From a bacterium (lineage in GTDB: Bacteria; Omnitrophota; Gorgyraeia; Zapsychrales; Zapsychraceae): 64,000 nt of DNA. The translations under genes were made by a program, and so were the position numbers. The notes below the pieces were generated by a model. It had not been told where the DNA came from and searched no databases. It saw only the letters and a list, made by a program, of their open reading frames with translations. The DNA lies in assembly GCA_030429765.1 (NCBI GenBank), contig JAUIER010000003.1, forward strand, positions 16,402 through 80,401, in the 5' to 3' direction. Shown piece by piece: positions 29,535-37,620 of this stretch. How positions within the stretch are numbered: position 1 is the first letter of the stretch; every line of letters begins with the position of its first letter.

Positions 29535-30548
29535 ATGCAATTTGAACAATCGTGGATGCTGAATTTGTTGTGGGCCGTATTGTTGCTGGTCGGATTCTTA
29601 CGCTGGGCAGCGGTCTATAGGGAAGGTGTGATCCGGAAGTTCGTCGACCAGAAGCTTGTCGACAAAGTTGTCATCAACGCCGGGCGCGGAGTGCAATTGT
29701 ATCGTCACATACTGATCGTTGGCGTCTTCGTCTTTGCCATCCTGGCGTTAAGCCGCCCGCAATGGGGATTTGAGTGGCAGGAGGTCAAACGTAAGGCCAT
29801 CGATATCATTGTGGTGATCGATACATCCAAAAGTATGCTGACACAGGATGTCAAACCCAATCGTCTGGAACGCACTAAGTTGGCCGTTAAGGATCTGCTT
29901 AAGAAATTGCGCGGGGATCGAATCGGGCTGATCGCGTTTTCCGGTGAGGCATTCCTGATGTGTCCTTTAACCAGTGATTATAATGGATTTGTACTCAGCC
30001 TCAATGATCTCGACGTGGACTCGGTGCCGCGCGGCGGAACGAATCTGGAGCGGGCCCTGCAGGTCGGACTGGAAAGTTTTGATGAGACGAACAGTCAGTA
30101 CAAAACGATTATTGTTGTCACCGATGGCGACAATCTCGAGGGGGACCCGACCGCGGTGGCCAGACGGGCGCGCGAGGAAGGGGTTAAGATCTATGCGATC
30201 GGCATCGGAACACGCGAAGGAGAGCTGATTCAGATATCAGATGCCGGCGATGCCCCCACGTTTCTCAAGGACTCCGAAGGTAATTTCGTGAAGTCACGTT
30301 TAAATGAGGCGCTGCTTAAGCAAATTTCGCTGATTACCGAAGGTGCCTACGTCAAGGCCAGCGGCGCGCAATTTGGACTGGACCTGATATACGAGCGTGA
30401 TCTATCGAAACTCGAGAAGCGAGAGCTGCAAACCCGGATGCAGAAAAAGTATTTTGACCGGTTTCAATGGCCGTTAACGGTCGCGTTAATCCTGTTGGTG
30501 ATGGAATCATGTTTACCCCGACGAAAAAAACAACTTGTGCAGTCTTAG
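29535..30548 (+). CDS. batB: BatB-like vWA-domain membrane protein
   Basis: IDIIVVIDTSKSMLTQDVKPNRLERTKLAVKDLL ... VVTDGDNLEGDP. N- and C-terminal TM segments. Confidence 0.8.
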   Translation: MQFEQSWMLNLLWAVLLLVGFLRWAAVYREGVIRKFVDQKLVDKVVINAGRGVQLYRHILIVGVFVFAILALSRPQWGFEWQEVKRKAIDIIVVIDTSKSMLTQDVKPNRLERTKLAVKDLLKKLRGDRIGLIAFSGEAFLMCPLTSDYNGFVLSLNDLDVDSVPRGGTNLERALQVGLESFDETNSQYKTIIVVTDGDNLEGDPTAVARRAREEGVKIYAIGIGTREGELIQISDAGDAPTFLKDSEGNFVKSRLNEALLKQISLITEGAYVKASGAQFGLDLIYERDLSKLEKRELQTRMQKKYFDRFQWPLTVALILLVMESCLPRRKKQLVQS

Positions 30549-31702
30549 GTTGGCTTGCGGCCAGCTCGTGTATGGTGACGACGGTCTCGGCCGATAATGT
30601 GGCCAAGCAGACCCGTACGGGCAACCGTCTGTACGAGGCGGACGACTTTGCCGGAGCGCTGGAAAAATACAAGCAGGCCTTAAAAATTAATCCGGAATCT
30701 GGTATCATTAATTTCAATGTCGGAAGTGCGTACTATAAGGCCGGTGAGTATGAATCGGCCGTTGAGCATCTGCAGCGGTCCGTGCTGACCGATGATGATC
30801 AGCTGCGGCAGCGGGCGCATTATAATTTGGGCAATGCGCGCTATCAGTACGGTCGGGGTTTCGTGCAGAAAGACAAGCCAAAAGCCATTGAGCAGTACGA
30901 GCAAGCGATTCGTGAATACGACAAGGTTATAGTCGCCCGGCCGGATGATGAGGATGCGTTGCACAATCGAAAGATCGTCCAGGATGAGCTGGACCGTTTG
31001 AAGCAGGAACAGGCCAGTCAGCCCAACCAGCAGAGTCAGCAAAGTCAGGACGATCAGAACAAAGATTCTCAGTCTGATAATCAGGATCAAAACAACGATC
31101 AGTCAAATCAGTCCGACCAGAACGATGATTCCTCACAGCAGGATCAGTCCGACGACTCGAATCAGGACGAAAATCAGGAAGATCAGTCGGACTCGGAGAA
31201 TCAGCCGGACGATTCCCAGGATCAGCCGGATGATTCGCAAGATCAGCCGCAGAATCAGGATCAATCTGATGAGTCGGAGGATGATTCACAATCTGATCAC
31301 TCGTCGACGGATGATCAGGAGGAACAGAATAATTCTGATGAATCTCAGTCGGATCAGCAAAACAATCAGCAAGATCAGTCGGATAATTCGCAGGGACAGG
31401 ATTCTCCGCAGGATCAGTCTTCGGATTCTCAACAGGACCAAGAGCAGGACGGACAGGGTGATCGGGAGCAGCCGCAGGATGGTCAGGAAAATCAGCCGTC
31501 CGATCAGAACGACAATCAACAGCCGCCCGATTCTCAGGGCGATGGGCGTTCCGGTATGTCACCGCAGCCGGTGGATATCAGTGATTTGACGGCCGGGGAG
31601 GCCGAGATGATGCTGAGAAATTATCAGCAATCGATTGAACCCACGGAGTTATTGAATTTTAATCCGCCAAGCCGGGGCGTTCCGGTATTGAAGGATTGGT
31701 AA
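30509..31702 (+). CDS. batC: BatC-like TPR protein carrying a ~190-aa acidic D/Q/S/N-rich low-complexity region
   Basis: TPR units (YEADDFAGALEKYKQALKINPESG ..., VGSAYYKAGEYESAVEHLQRSV) are followed by QQSQQSQDDQNKDSQSDNQDQNNDQSNQSDQNDDSSQQDQSDDSNQDENQEDQSDSENQPDDSQDQPDDSQDQPQNQDQSDESEDD.... The start could be ATG 30509 (which keeps a signal peptide and overlaps batB) or ATG 30572. Confidence 0.7.
   Translation: MFTPTKKTTCAVLGWLAASSCMVTTVSADNVAKQTRTGNRLYEADDFAGALEKYKQALKINPESGIINFNVGSAYYKAGEYESAVEHLQRSVLTDDDQLRQRAHYNLGNARYQYGRGFVQKDKPKAIEQYEQAIREYDKVIVARPDDEDALHNRKIVQDELDRLKQEQASQPNQQSQQSQDDQNKDSQSDNQDQNNDQSNQSDQNDDSSQQDQSDDSNQDENQEDQSDSENQPDDSQDQPDDSQDQPQNQDQSDESEDDSQSDHSSTDDQEEQNNSDESQSDQQNNQQDQSDNSQGQDSPQDQSSDSQQDQEQDGQGDREQPQDGQENQPSDQNDNQQPPDSQGDGRSGMSPQPVDISDLTAGEAEMMLRNYQQSIEPTELLNFNPPSRGVPVLKDW
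31000..31560 (+). repeat. Low-complexity coding DNA (imperfect gatcag/cagtc/gacgat repeats) encoding the acidic D/Q/S/N tract of BatC
   Basis: Visible nucleotide-level near-repeats, e.g. ggacgattcccaggatcagccggatgattcgcaagatcagccg. They create spurious ORFs on both strands (30927..31562 -, 31125..31589 +, 31286..31519 -). Confidence 0.7.
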
Positions 31703-31706
31703 GCCG

Positions 31707-33524
31707 ATGAATCAATTTGCCATAAGTTTATTCAATAGATGGATCAGGCCTGTCTTTGGATTATGCCTGATGTGTATGCTGCTGACAGCCGCACCGGCAC
31801 AAGCGCAGGATATATCTATCGAAGCCACGGTGAATGTGAACCGCATTCCGCTGGGCTCGGCGGTGAATTTGACCATCACCATCAAAGGCACGCAGAATGT
31901 CTCGGCCTTTGACTTGCCGCCCATTCCGGATTTTGATACCAAGTTTATCGGACCGTCGCGCAATATCTCCGTCGTGAACAATCAGTACACCACATCTATT
32001 TCGTTTACATACTCAATGCTGCCGTTAAAGGCCGGTAAGCTTCAGATCCCGATGCTTCAGGTCACAATTGATGGTAACACATATTCAACTGACGCTATCA
32101 TGCTGGATGTTTATGATCCCGCCGTGGAAGGGGATGGTCCGCAGGCGGAAACAGAACTCAGAGAAAAGATCTTTGTGCAGCTTCAGGTCCCGTCGGAAGA
32201 GGTTTATATCAATGAGCCGATGCAGGTAAAGGTTTTTCTCTATACGTCGGGGGTGGCAATCCGCGACATCCAGTATCCCAAAATGGACATGACCGGATTT
32301 ATTGACGAGGCCTATGAGCAGCCCCGGCAATATCAACAGGTGATTGAGGGTAAGCGATTTGAGATCGTTGAATTTGAAAAGTCGGTGTATCCCACCCGGA
32401 CCGGTGAATTGTCGATTGGTCCGGCACAGGTGGATTGCAATATTGTGATGCGCAACAATCGGCGCCGCGGCAGCAGTTTGATGGAAGATGATTTCTTCAG
32501 CGCATTTTTTGACCGGGGCGAAAAGCGTCCGGCCAAGCTATTGTCTGATCCGGTCAAGCTGACGGTTAAGCCATTGCCCAAAGAGGGGCAGCCGGCGAGT
32601 TTTACCGGCGGCGTGGGCAATCTGGATTTCAGTGCGGATATCAGTCCGGCTGAGGTGAACGTCGGCGATCCGATCACCTTAAGGATGAAGATTCAGGGCA
32701 AAGGGAACCTTAACGCCGTGGCCTTTCCCGAGCTCAAGAACTCCGATCAATTCAAACTTTATGATCCAATCATCAAGGAAGAAGGACGCGTCAAGACGCT
32801 GGAGCAGGTCTTGATCCCCAAATCGACCGATGTGACGGAGATCCCGGCGTTTGATTTTTCCTACTTTAACATCAGCCTCAATAAATATGTGGAAAGCCGG
32901 GAAGGGCCGTTCCCGATCAAGGTATCGCCCGCCGAGCAGGATGGCGGTTTGACCATGGTTGGCGGATTGGGTCAGAGTTCAATCATTGTTCCGCCGGAAC
33001 AATTGGGCGAGGACATTGTGTTTATCAAGGACAGTCCCGGCAAATTTCATCGTTTGGGACAACGGATGTATAATTCCGTTTCGTTCTATGTGGTGTTGAT
33101 TCTGGTGATGGCAGCGCTCATCGGCGGGTATATCTGGTACCGGCTGACGCATCGGCTGGAAACGGATTCGGCGTTTGCCCGTAAACTCAAGGCGTCCAAG
33201 CTCGCCAAACGCGGGCTTAAACATACCCAGCAGTTGATGGAACAGGGCAAGGAGCAAGAGTTTTACGACGAAACGTTTAAACTGCTCAAGCGGTACTTAT
33301 CCGACAAACTCGTGATTCCGGCGGGTACGGTGAATATCCATCAGGTCAGAGAAAAGGTTAAGGATCTGTCCTTTGATGAAATGATCCTGAGCGCGGTCAA
33401 AACAACCTTTGATGAATGCGAGTCCATCCGTTACGCCTCCGCCAGGATCTCTAACGGTCAGATGCAGGCGACCCAATCGCGTGTTCAAAAAGTGATCGAG
33501 TATTTCGAAAGGAAGGTGCGCTGA
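31707..33524 (+). CDS. batD: BatD-like oxygen-tolerance protein (signal peptide, beta-rich N-domain, C-terminal TM plus cytoplasmic helical tail)
   Basis: Signal peptide MNQFAISLFNRWIRPVFGLCLMCMLLTAAPAQA. BatD-like N-domain QDISIEATVNVNRIPLGSAVNLTITIKG. TM segment VSFYVVLILVMAALIGGYIWY. Confidence 0.75.
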   Translation: MNQFAISLFNRWIRPVFGLCLMCMLLTAAPAQAQDISIEATVNVNRIPLGSAVNLTITIKGTQNVSAFDLPPIPDFDTKFIGPSRNISVVNNQYTTSISFTYSMLPLKAGKLQIPMLQVTIDGNTYSTDAIMLDVYDPAVEGDGPQAETELREKIFVQLQVPSEEVYINEPMQVKVFLYTSGVAIRDIQYPKMDMTGFIDEAYEQPRQYQQVIEGKRFEIVEFEKSVYPTRTGELSIGPAQVDCNIVMRNNRRRGSSLMEDDFFSAFFDRGEKRPAKLLSDPVKLTVKPLPKEGQPASFTGGVGNLDFSADISPAEVNVGDPITLRMKIQGKGNLNAVAFPELKNSDQFKLYDPIIKEEGRVKTLEQVLIPKSTDVTEIPAFDFSYFNISLNKYVESREGPFPIKVSPAEQDGGLTMVGGLGQSSIIVPPEQLGEDIVFIKDSPGKFHRLGQRMYNSVSFYVVLILVMAALIGGYIWYRLTHRLETDSAFARKLKASKLAKRGLKHTQQLMEQGKEQEFYDETFKLLKRYLSDKLVIPAGTVNIHQVREKVKDLSFDEMILSAVKTTFDECESIRYASARISNGQMQATQSRVQKVIEYFERKVR

Positions 33525-34285
33525 TGAAGTGGACCCGCGGGATGATAGGTGTAGTGCTATTGTTGATGAGCGCGTTTTCGGCCGAGGCCGCCATGCCGCA
33601 GCAGGAAGCGGTGTCTCAATTTGTCCTGGGCAATCAGGCTTACAAAGAAGGTGCTTACGAAAAAGCGATTGAGGAATACCGCGCGATTCTCGAAGGCGAC
33701 CGTGAGAACGGTCATTTGTATTACAACCTGGCCAATGCCTATTTCAAAAACAGACAACTCGGTTATTCTATTCTAAACTATGAGCGGGCGCGGCGGCTCA
33801 TGCCGCGCGACAGCGACTTGAAATTTAATCTGGCCTACGCCGAATCACTGGTCCGTAAGACGGCACAGCCCGAACCGGCGGGATTCGTTTCGGAGATGAT
33901 CAGCGGTCACGTGAACTTTTATACGTTGGACGAAATGTTCCTGATGACGACGGTTCTGGTGGTATTGCTCGGTGCGGTATTTTTGATGTCACGTTTCCTG
34001 AAATGGCCGAGGGTGATGAAGACGGTCAGTCGCAGTGTCCTGATCATCCTGATCCTGGTTTACAGTATCGGTTTAATTCTCAAGGTCCGCGTGACGGCGG
34101 ATCAGGCGGTTATCGTATCCAATACACCGGCCAATTTTGAGCCGTTAGAGACCGCGACAATGCGTTTCGAATTATTTGAAGGGATGAAGGTAAAGGTGCT
34201 AAGATACAAAGATGGATGGGTCAAGGTCGAGCGGGATGACGGGCTGTTGGGCTGGGTCACGCAGACGTCGCTTGAAGAGATTTAG
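33524..34285 (+). CDS. batE: BatE-like protein (TPR, TM, C-terminal SH3b-like domain)
   Basis: Signal peptide. TPR (GNQAYKEGAYEKAIEEYRAIL, YYNLANAYFKN). TM segments. C-terminal VKVLRYKDGWVKVERDDGLLGWVTQTSLEEI, which is SH3-like. Confidence 0.65.
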   Translation: MKWTRGMIGVVLLLMSAFSAEAAMPQQEAVSQFVLGNQAYKEGAYEKAIEEYRAILEGDRENGHLYYNLANAYFKNRQLGYSILNYERARRLMPRDSDLKFNLAYAESLVRKTAQPEPAGFVSEMISGHVNFYTLDEMFLMTTVLVVLLGAVFLMSRFLKWPRVMKTVSRSVLIILILVYSIGLILKVRVTADQAVIVSNTPANFEPLETATMRFELFEGMKVKVLRYKDGWVKVERDDGLLGWVTQTSLEEI

Positions 34286-34312
34286 TCCAGGATAACCAGT
34301 ACTCACAAGGAT

Positions 34313-34741
34313 ATGGCGTCGAATTTCTACACGGTAAAAACACTATTTCGTTCGCAGGCCAAAGGGCGTCCCAAGTTACCGGACCGGTTTTTTGATCCGG
34401 ATGCGACTTTACTCGAAGAACGGATTCAACTGATCAAGGCCAAAAGCCGGGTCGAAGCCTTGAAGAAGGCCGAAAAGGACGCCCGTGAATACGCCAAGCG
34501 GATTCGTTATCAGAATCCCTACGATCAGGACGTGACACTGGAGTATTTGGGGCTCAATGAGATTTTTGAGGTTGAGCATGCGTTACAGGATAAAACAGAG
34601 ATCTATTCCAGCAGTCGAATCATCAGTCAGAAAACATCTGTGTCAAAGATTGCGCATACCTATCTCAATAAAAAGCAATCGTTAGAGCACAGCAAGCGAA
34701 AAAAATTTGTTAATAAGGCGTATTTCCATGACCAAAATTAA
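34313..34741 (+). CDS. Hypothetical protein, DUF4288-like
   Basis: The N-terminus NFYTVKTLFRSQAKG resembles the WYAVK.LFRS start of DUF4288 proteins. This is a weak call from memory. Confidence 0.35.
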   Translation: MASNFYTVKTLFRSQAKGRPKLPDRFFDPDATLLEERIQLIKAKSRVEALKKAEKDAREYAKRIRYQNPYDQDVTLEYLGLNEIFEVEHALQDKTEIYSSSRIISQKTSVSKIAHTYLNKKQSLEHSKRKKFVNKAYFHDQN

Positions 34742-35453
34742 ATGTCGGGGGATTTTGTCAGCATTGTTCCTCATGTGTATATTTGTCTCACCTGTCCAAG
34801 GGCAGGCGCAGTCCAATCAGAATGCCGATCGACTTGAAGCGCTGCGCGAGTTGATGGAGGCCACCGAGGCGGCGGAGGCCGCGGCCAAGAAGGTGGAAGT
34901 CAAGATCAAAACGGTTGAGGCCGAGGAAAAGGACGAGGCGGCTGAAGAGTCCGACGAACCCGAATTCGTCAACTGCTATCAATACTATCAGGAAACCGAA
35001 ACTTGCCCCAAGGAACAATGTAATCTAGGGTGTTTGGGCGGCATCATTTATGAAGATTGTGAAATCGGCTGTGAACCCAAGCCGTGTTTTGAGATTCCGT
35101 TGGAACATTGCCCGACGAGTGTCTGTCAAATCCAGGAAGGCTGCGAAGGGGTAGACGTTTGTTTTCCGCAGAATGACTACGCACCGCCGAGATGTGGAGA
35201 TTTGGCCTATTCCGGATCAGATGTCGAGTGTTGTCCCGGATATGTGAAGCGCTGCGGGATCGAATTTTTTGACGGAACATGTGATATGGCCGGCCGAGAC
35301 AGTATTTACGGGGTGCCTATTTGTCTGCCCTGCGGTAACGGGATTTGCAATCAGTTTGAAAATGCCTGTAACTGTCCGGAAGATTGCCGTCGACGACACA
35401 CGATCAATATCGAATACACGCCGATTCAGCCGCGCCGGTCCGGATCAAAATAG
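34728..35453 (+). CDS. Cysteine-rich secreted protein (signal peptide, acidic linker, then a ~150-aa domain with ~30 Cys)
   Basis: Signal peptide MTKIKCRGILSALFLMCIFVSPVQG. Cys-rich domain CYQYYQETETCPKEQCNLGCLGGIIYEDCEIGCEPKPCFEIPLEHCPTSVCQIQEGCEGVDVCF...CCPGYVKRCG...CLPCGNGICNQFENACNCPEDC. I recognise no family. Confidence 0.5.
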   Translation: MTKIKCRGILSALFLMCIFVSPVQGQAQSNQNADRLEALRELMEATEAAEAAAKKVEVKIKTVEAEEKDEAAEESDEPEFVNCYQYYQETETCPKEQCNLGCLGGIIYEDCEIGCEPKPCFEIPLEHCPTSVCQIQEGCEGVDVCFPQNDYAPPRCGDLAYSGSDVECCPGYVKRCGIEFFDGTCDMAGRDSIYGVPICLPCGNGICNQFENACNCPEDCRRRHTINIEYTPIQPRRSGSK

Positions 35454-35457
35454 TCTG

Positions 35458-36603
35458 TTACGCTTGAATCGTTTTGAAGATGGCCTCGGCCGCTTTGAGG
35501 GTGGCCGGTGAGGTGCCCAGCGATTCAGTCATCGCCTTTAATTCACGTTTCATTTCCGCGATACGTATTTCATTTGTGAAAATAGCCTGTAGGGCATCGG
35601 CCAGGTCTTTGGGATTGGCGTCATGCTGAATAAATTCAGGAACAACCTCTTTCTGCGCGACGACATTGACCAACGAAATGTGCGGGATCTTGACGACAAG
35701 TTTGGCAAGCGCCCAGGTGCTCCACGACGTCTTGTACATCACTACCATCGGCTTACCCAGGATCGCCGTTTCAAGTGTCGCCGTCCCCGACGTGACCAGA
35801 CAGATATCACACACATTAATTCCGTCGTAGATATGATCCTCGATGATGTTAAAATGGATCGGTATATTTCGGGTCATGTCTTCAATGGTCGATCTCTCTA
35901 TTGACGGGGCCTTGAGGATAACAAACTGCAGCATGGGATAGTCGGCGTGCAGCCGTTCGGCAGTCTCCAACATAACCGGTAAACAGCGTTCGATCTCTTT
36001 TTGACGGGATCCGGGCAATAGGCCCAGCGTGATCTTTTCCTGTTGCAGGGCGAAGAGCTGTGTCGCTTCGGTCTTGGTCATGGATGTCTCGACGGTATCA
36101 ACCAGCGGATGGCCCACAAAGTCCACATCATAATCGTAGCGCGCGTAAAATTCCTTTTCGAAATCAAATAATACCAGCATCCGGTCGATGTATTCTTTGA
36201 TAAAGAATACCCGCTTTTTCTTCCAGGCCCATACCTGCGGGCTGATGTAGTAAATAACTTTGGTATCGAGTTCCTTGAGCTGCTTGGCCAGGCGAAGATT
36301 GAAGCCGGGATAGTCAATGAGAATGACCGCAACGGGTTTTTTCTGCCGGATTTTTTCAAGGATCATATAAAAGATTTTGCGGAATTCGCCATAGTGCTTG
36401 AGTACCTCGACAAAACCCACCACGGCCAGCTTGGTCAGATCATAGTGAATCTCCACGCCGCTTTCACGCATCTTGGGCCCGCCGAGGCCCGAGAACGTTA
36501 AATTGGGATTGAGTTGCTTTAATGCGTCGACGAGAAGGGCGCCGTGAAGGTCGCCCGAATCTTCACCGGCGATTACAACGATATGGTCTGATTGTTTTTC
36601 CAT
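35458..36603 (-). CDS. lpxB: Lipid-A-disaccharide synthase
   Basis: MEKQSDHIVVIAGEDSGDLHGALLVDALKQLNPNLTFSGLGGPKM ... YYISPQVWAWKKKR. Confidence 0.9.
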   Translation of the reverse strand: MEKQSDHIVVIAGEDSGDLHGALLVDALKQLNPNLTFSGLGGPKMRESGVEIHYDLTKLAVVGFVEVLKHYGEFRKIFYMILEKIRQKKPVAVILIDYPGFNLRLAKQLKELDTKVIYYISPQVWAWKKKRVFFIKEYIDRMLVLFDFEKEFYARYDYDVDFVGHPLVDTVETSMTKTEATQLFALQQEKITLGLLPGSRQKEIERCLPVMLETAERLHADYPMLQFVILKAPSIERSTIEDMTRNIPIHFNIIEDHIYDGINVCDICLVTSGTATLETAILGKPMVVMYKTSWSTWALAKLVVKIPHISLVNVVAQKEVVPEFIQHDANPKDLADALQAIFTNEIRIAEMKRELKAMTESLGTSPATLKAAEAIFKTIQA

Positions 36604-37511
36604 AAATGATCGCTGATTTGTAGCGCGACATCCAGCGCGTTTATACCTTCCTGGCCGGTGACGTAGGGAGTCTGATCATTGAGGATGCAATCGGCGAAGT
36701 GTTCGAGTTCCTTTTGAAGAGGTTGATCTTTTTCAATTGGAAGACTGTGTTTGGAAATTTGATTGTCATGTTTTCGATAGATATAGGCGGACTGCTTGAC
36801 ATAATCGAGCGAGATGTAGGCGTTCCGTTGGAAGATTCTGATTTTACGCATCATGTCATCCGAGATTCGGCTGGCTGTCAAGTTGCAGACGCATCCGTTC
36901 TCAAATGTAAGCCGGACGCTGGCGATATCTTCCAGTGGCGTGAGCACCGGAATACCGGTGGCGCGAATTTCGGTAATAGACGACTTGTTCAGCGCCAGCA
37001 CGATATCGATGTCATGAATCATCAGATCCATGATGACGCCGATGTCCAGCGACCGGTTCGGAAACCGGTTGAGACGATGACATTCGATAAAGAGCGGCTG
37101 GTCGGTGAAATGCATAATCGACTGAAACGCGGTATTAAACCGTTCCACGTGACCAATCTGCAGCTTGACATTGTGAATCTCGGATAATTGAGTCAGGACC
37201 TTGGCTTCGGCCACCGTCTTAGCGATCGGTTTTTCGATAAATGTGTGAATGTTATGGCTGAGGAAAAATTCAGCGATCTCGAAATGCTTGTCTGTAGGGG
37301 TGCAGATGCTGACGGCGTCGACCCGGCCCAGCAGATCCTTGTAGTCGGTAAAGCCGGGGATGCCAAAATCGGCCGAAAGACGTTCGACCCGGTCTTTTTT
37401 GACGTCGCAGATGCCGGTCAGCTCGACTTTGTGATTGAGTTCATTGAAGATTTTGAGGTGAAGCGAGCCGAGGTGTCCGACCCCGATGATGCCGAGTTTG
37501 ATTTTTTGCAT
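36573..37511 (-). CDS. Gfo/Idh/MocA-family NAD(P)-dependent oxidoreductase (co-transcribed with lpxB; candidate GnnA-like UDP-GlcNAc 3-dehydrogenase)
   Basis: N-terminal Rossmann fold KLGIIGVGHLGSLHLKIF. The Gfo/Idh/MocA C-terminal domain is present. It overlaps the lpxB start by 31 nt. Confidence 0.8.
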   Translation of the reverse strand: MQKIKLGIIGVGHLGSLHLKIFNELNHKVELTGICDVKKDRVERLSADFGIPGFTDYKDLLGRVDAVSICTPTDKHFEIAEFFLSHNIHTFIEKPIAKTVAEAKVLTQLSEIHNVKLQIGHVERFNTAFQSIMHFTDQPLFIECHRLNRFPNRSLDIGVIMDLMIHDIDIVLALNKSSITEIRATGIPVLTPLEDIASVRLTFENGCVCNLTASRISDDMMRKIRIFQRNAYISLDYVKQSAYIYRKHDNQISKHSLPIEKDQPLQKELEHFADCILNDQTPYVTGQEGINALDVALQISDHLWKNNQTISL

Positions 37512-37620
37512 GAATAGGGATGACTTACGTAAATTGTTGAATCAGTTAAGTTTAATTCAATTTTGTCGATCAATAAATGCCTCGACAAATGCGGAAGGGT
37601 ATGCTAATATCCCAACCATT

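Noticed and set aside
30927-31589. Three ORFs (30927..31562 -, 31125..31589 +, 31286..31519 -) over the BatC acidic region
   Set aside because: They are artefacts of the repetitive low-complexity DNA. Their translations are R/I/S/P homopolymer-like. The BatC frame, by contrast, is continuous with the upstream TPR domain.
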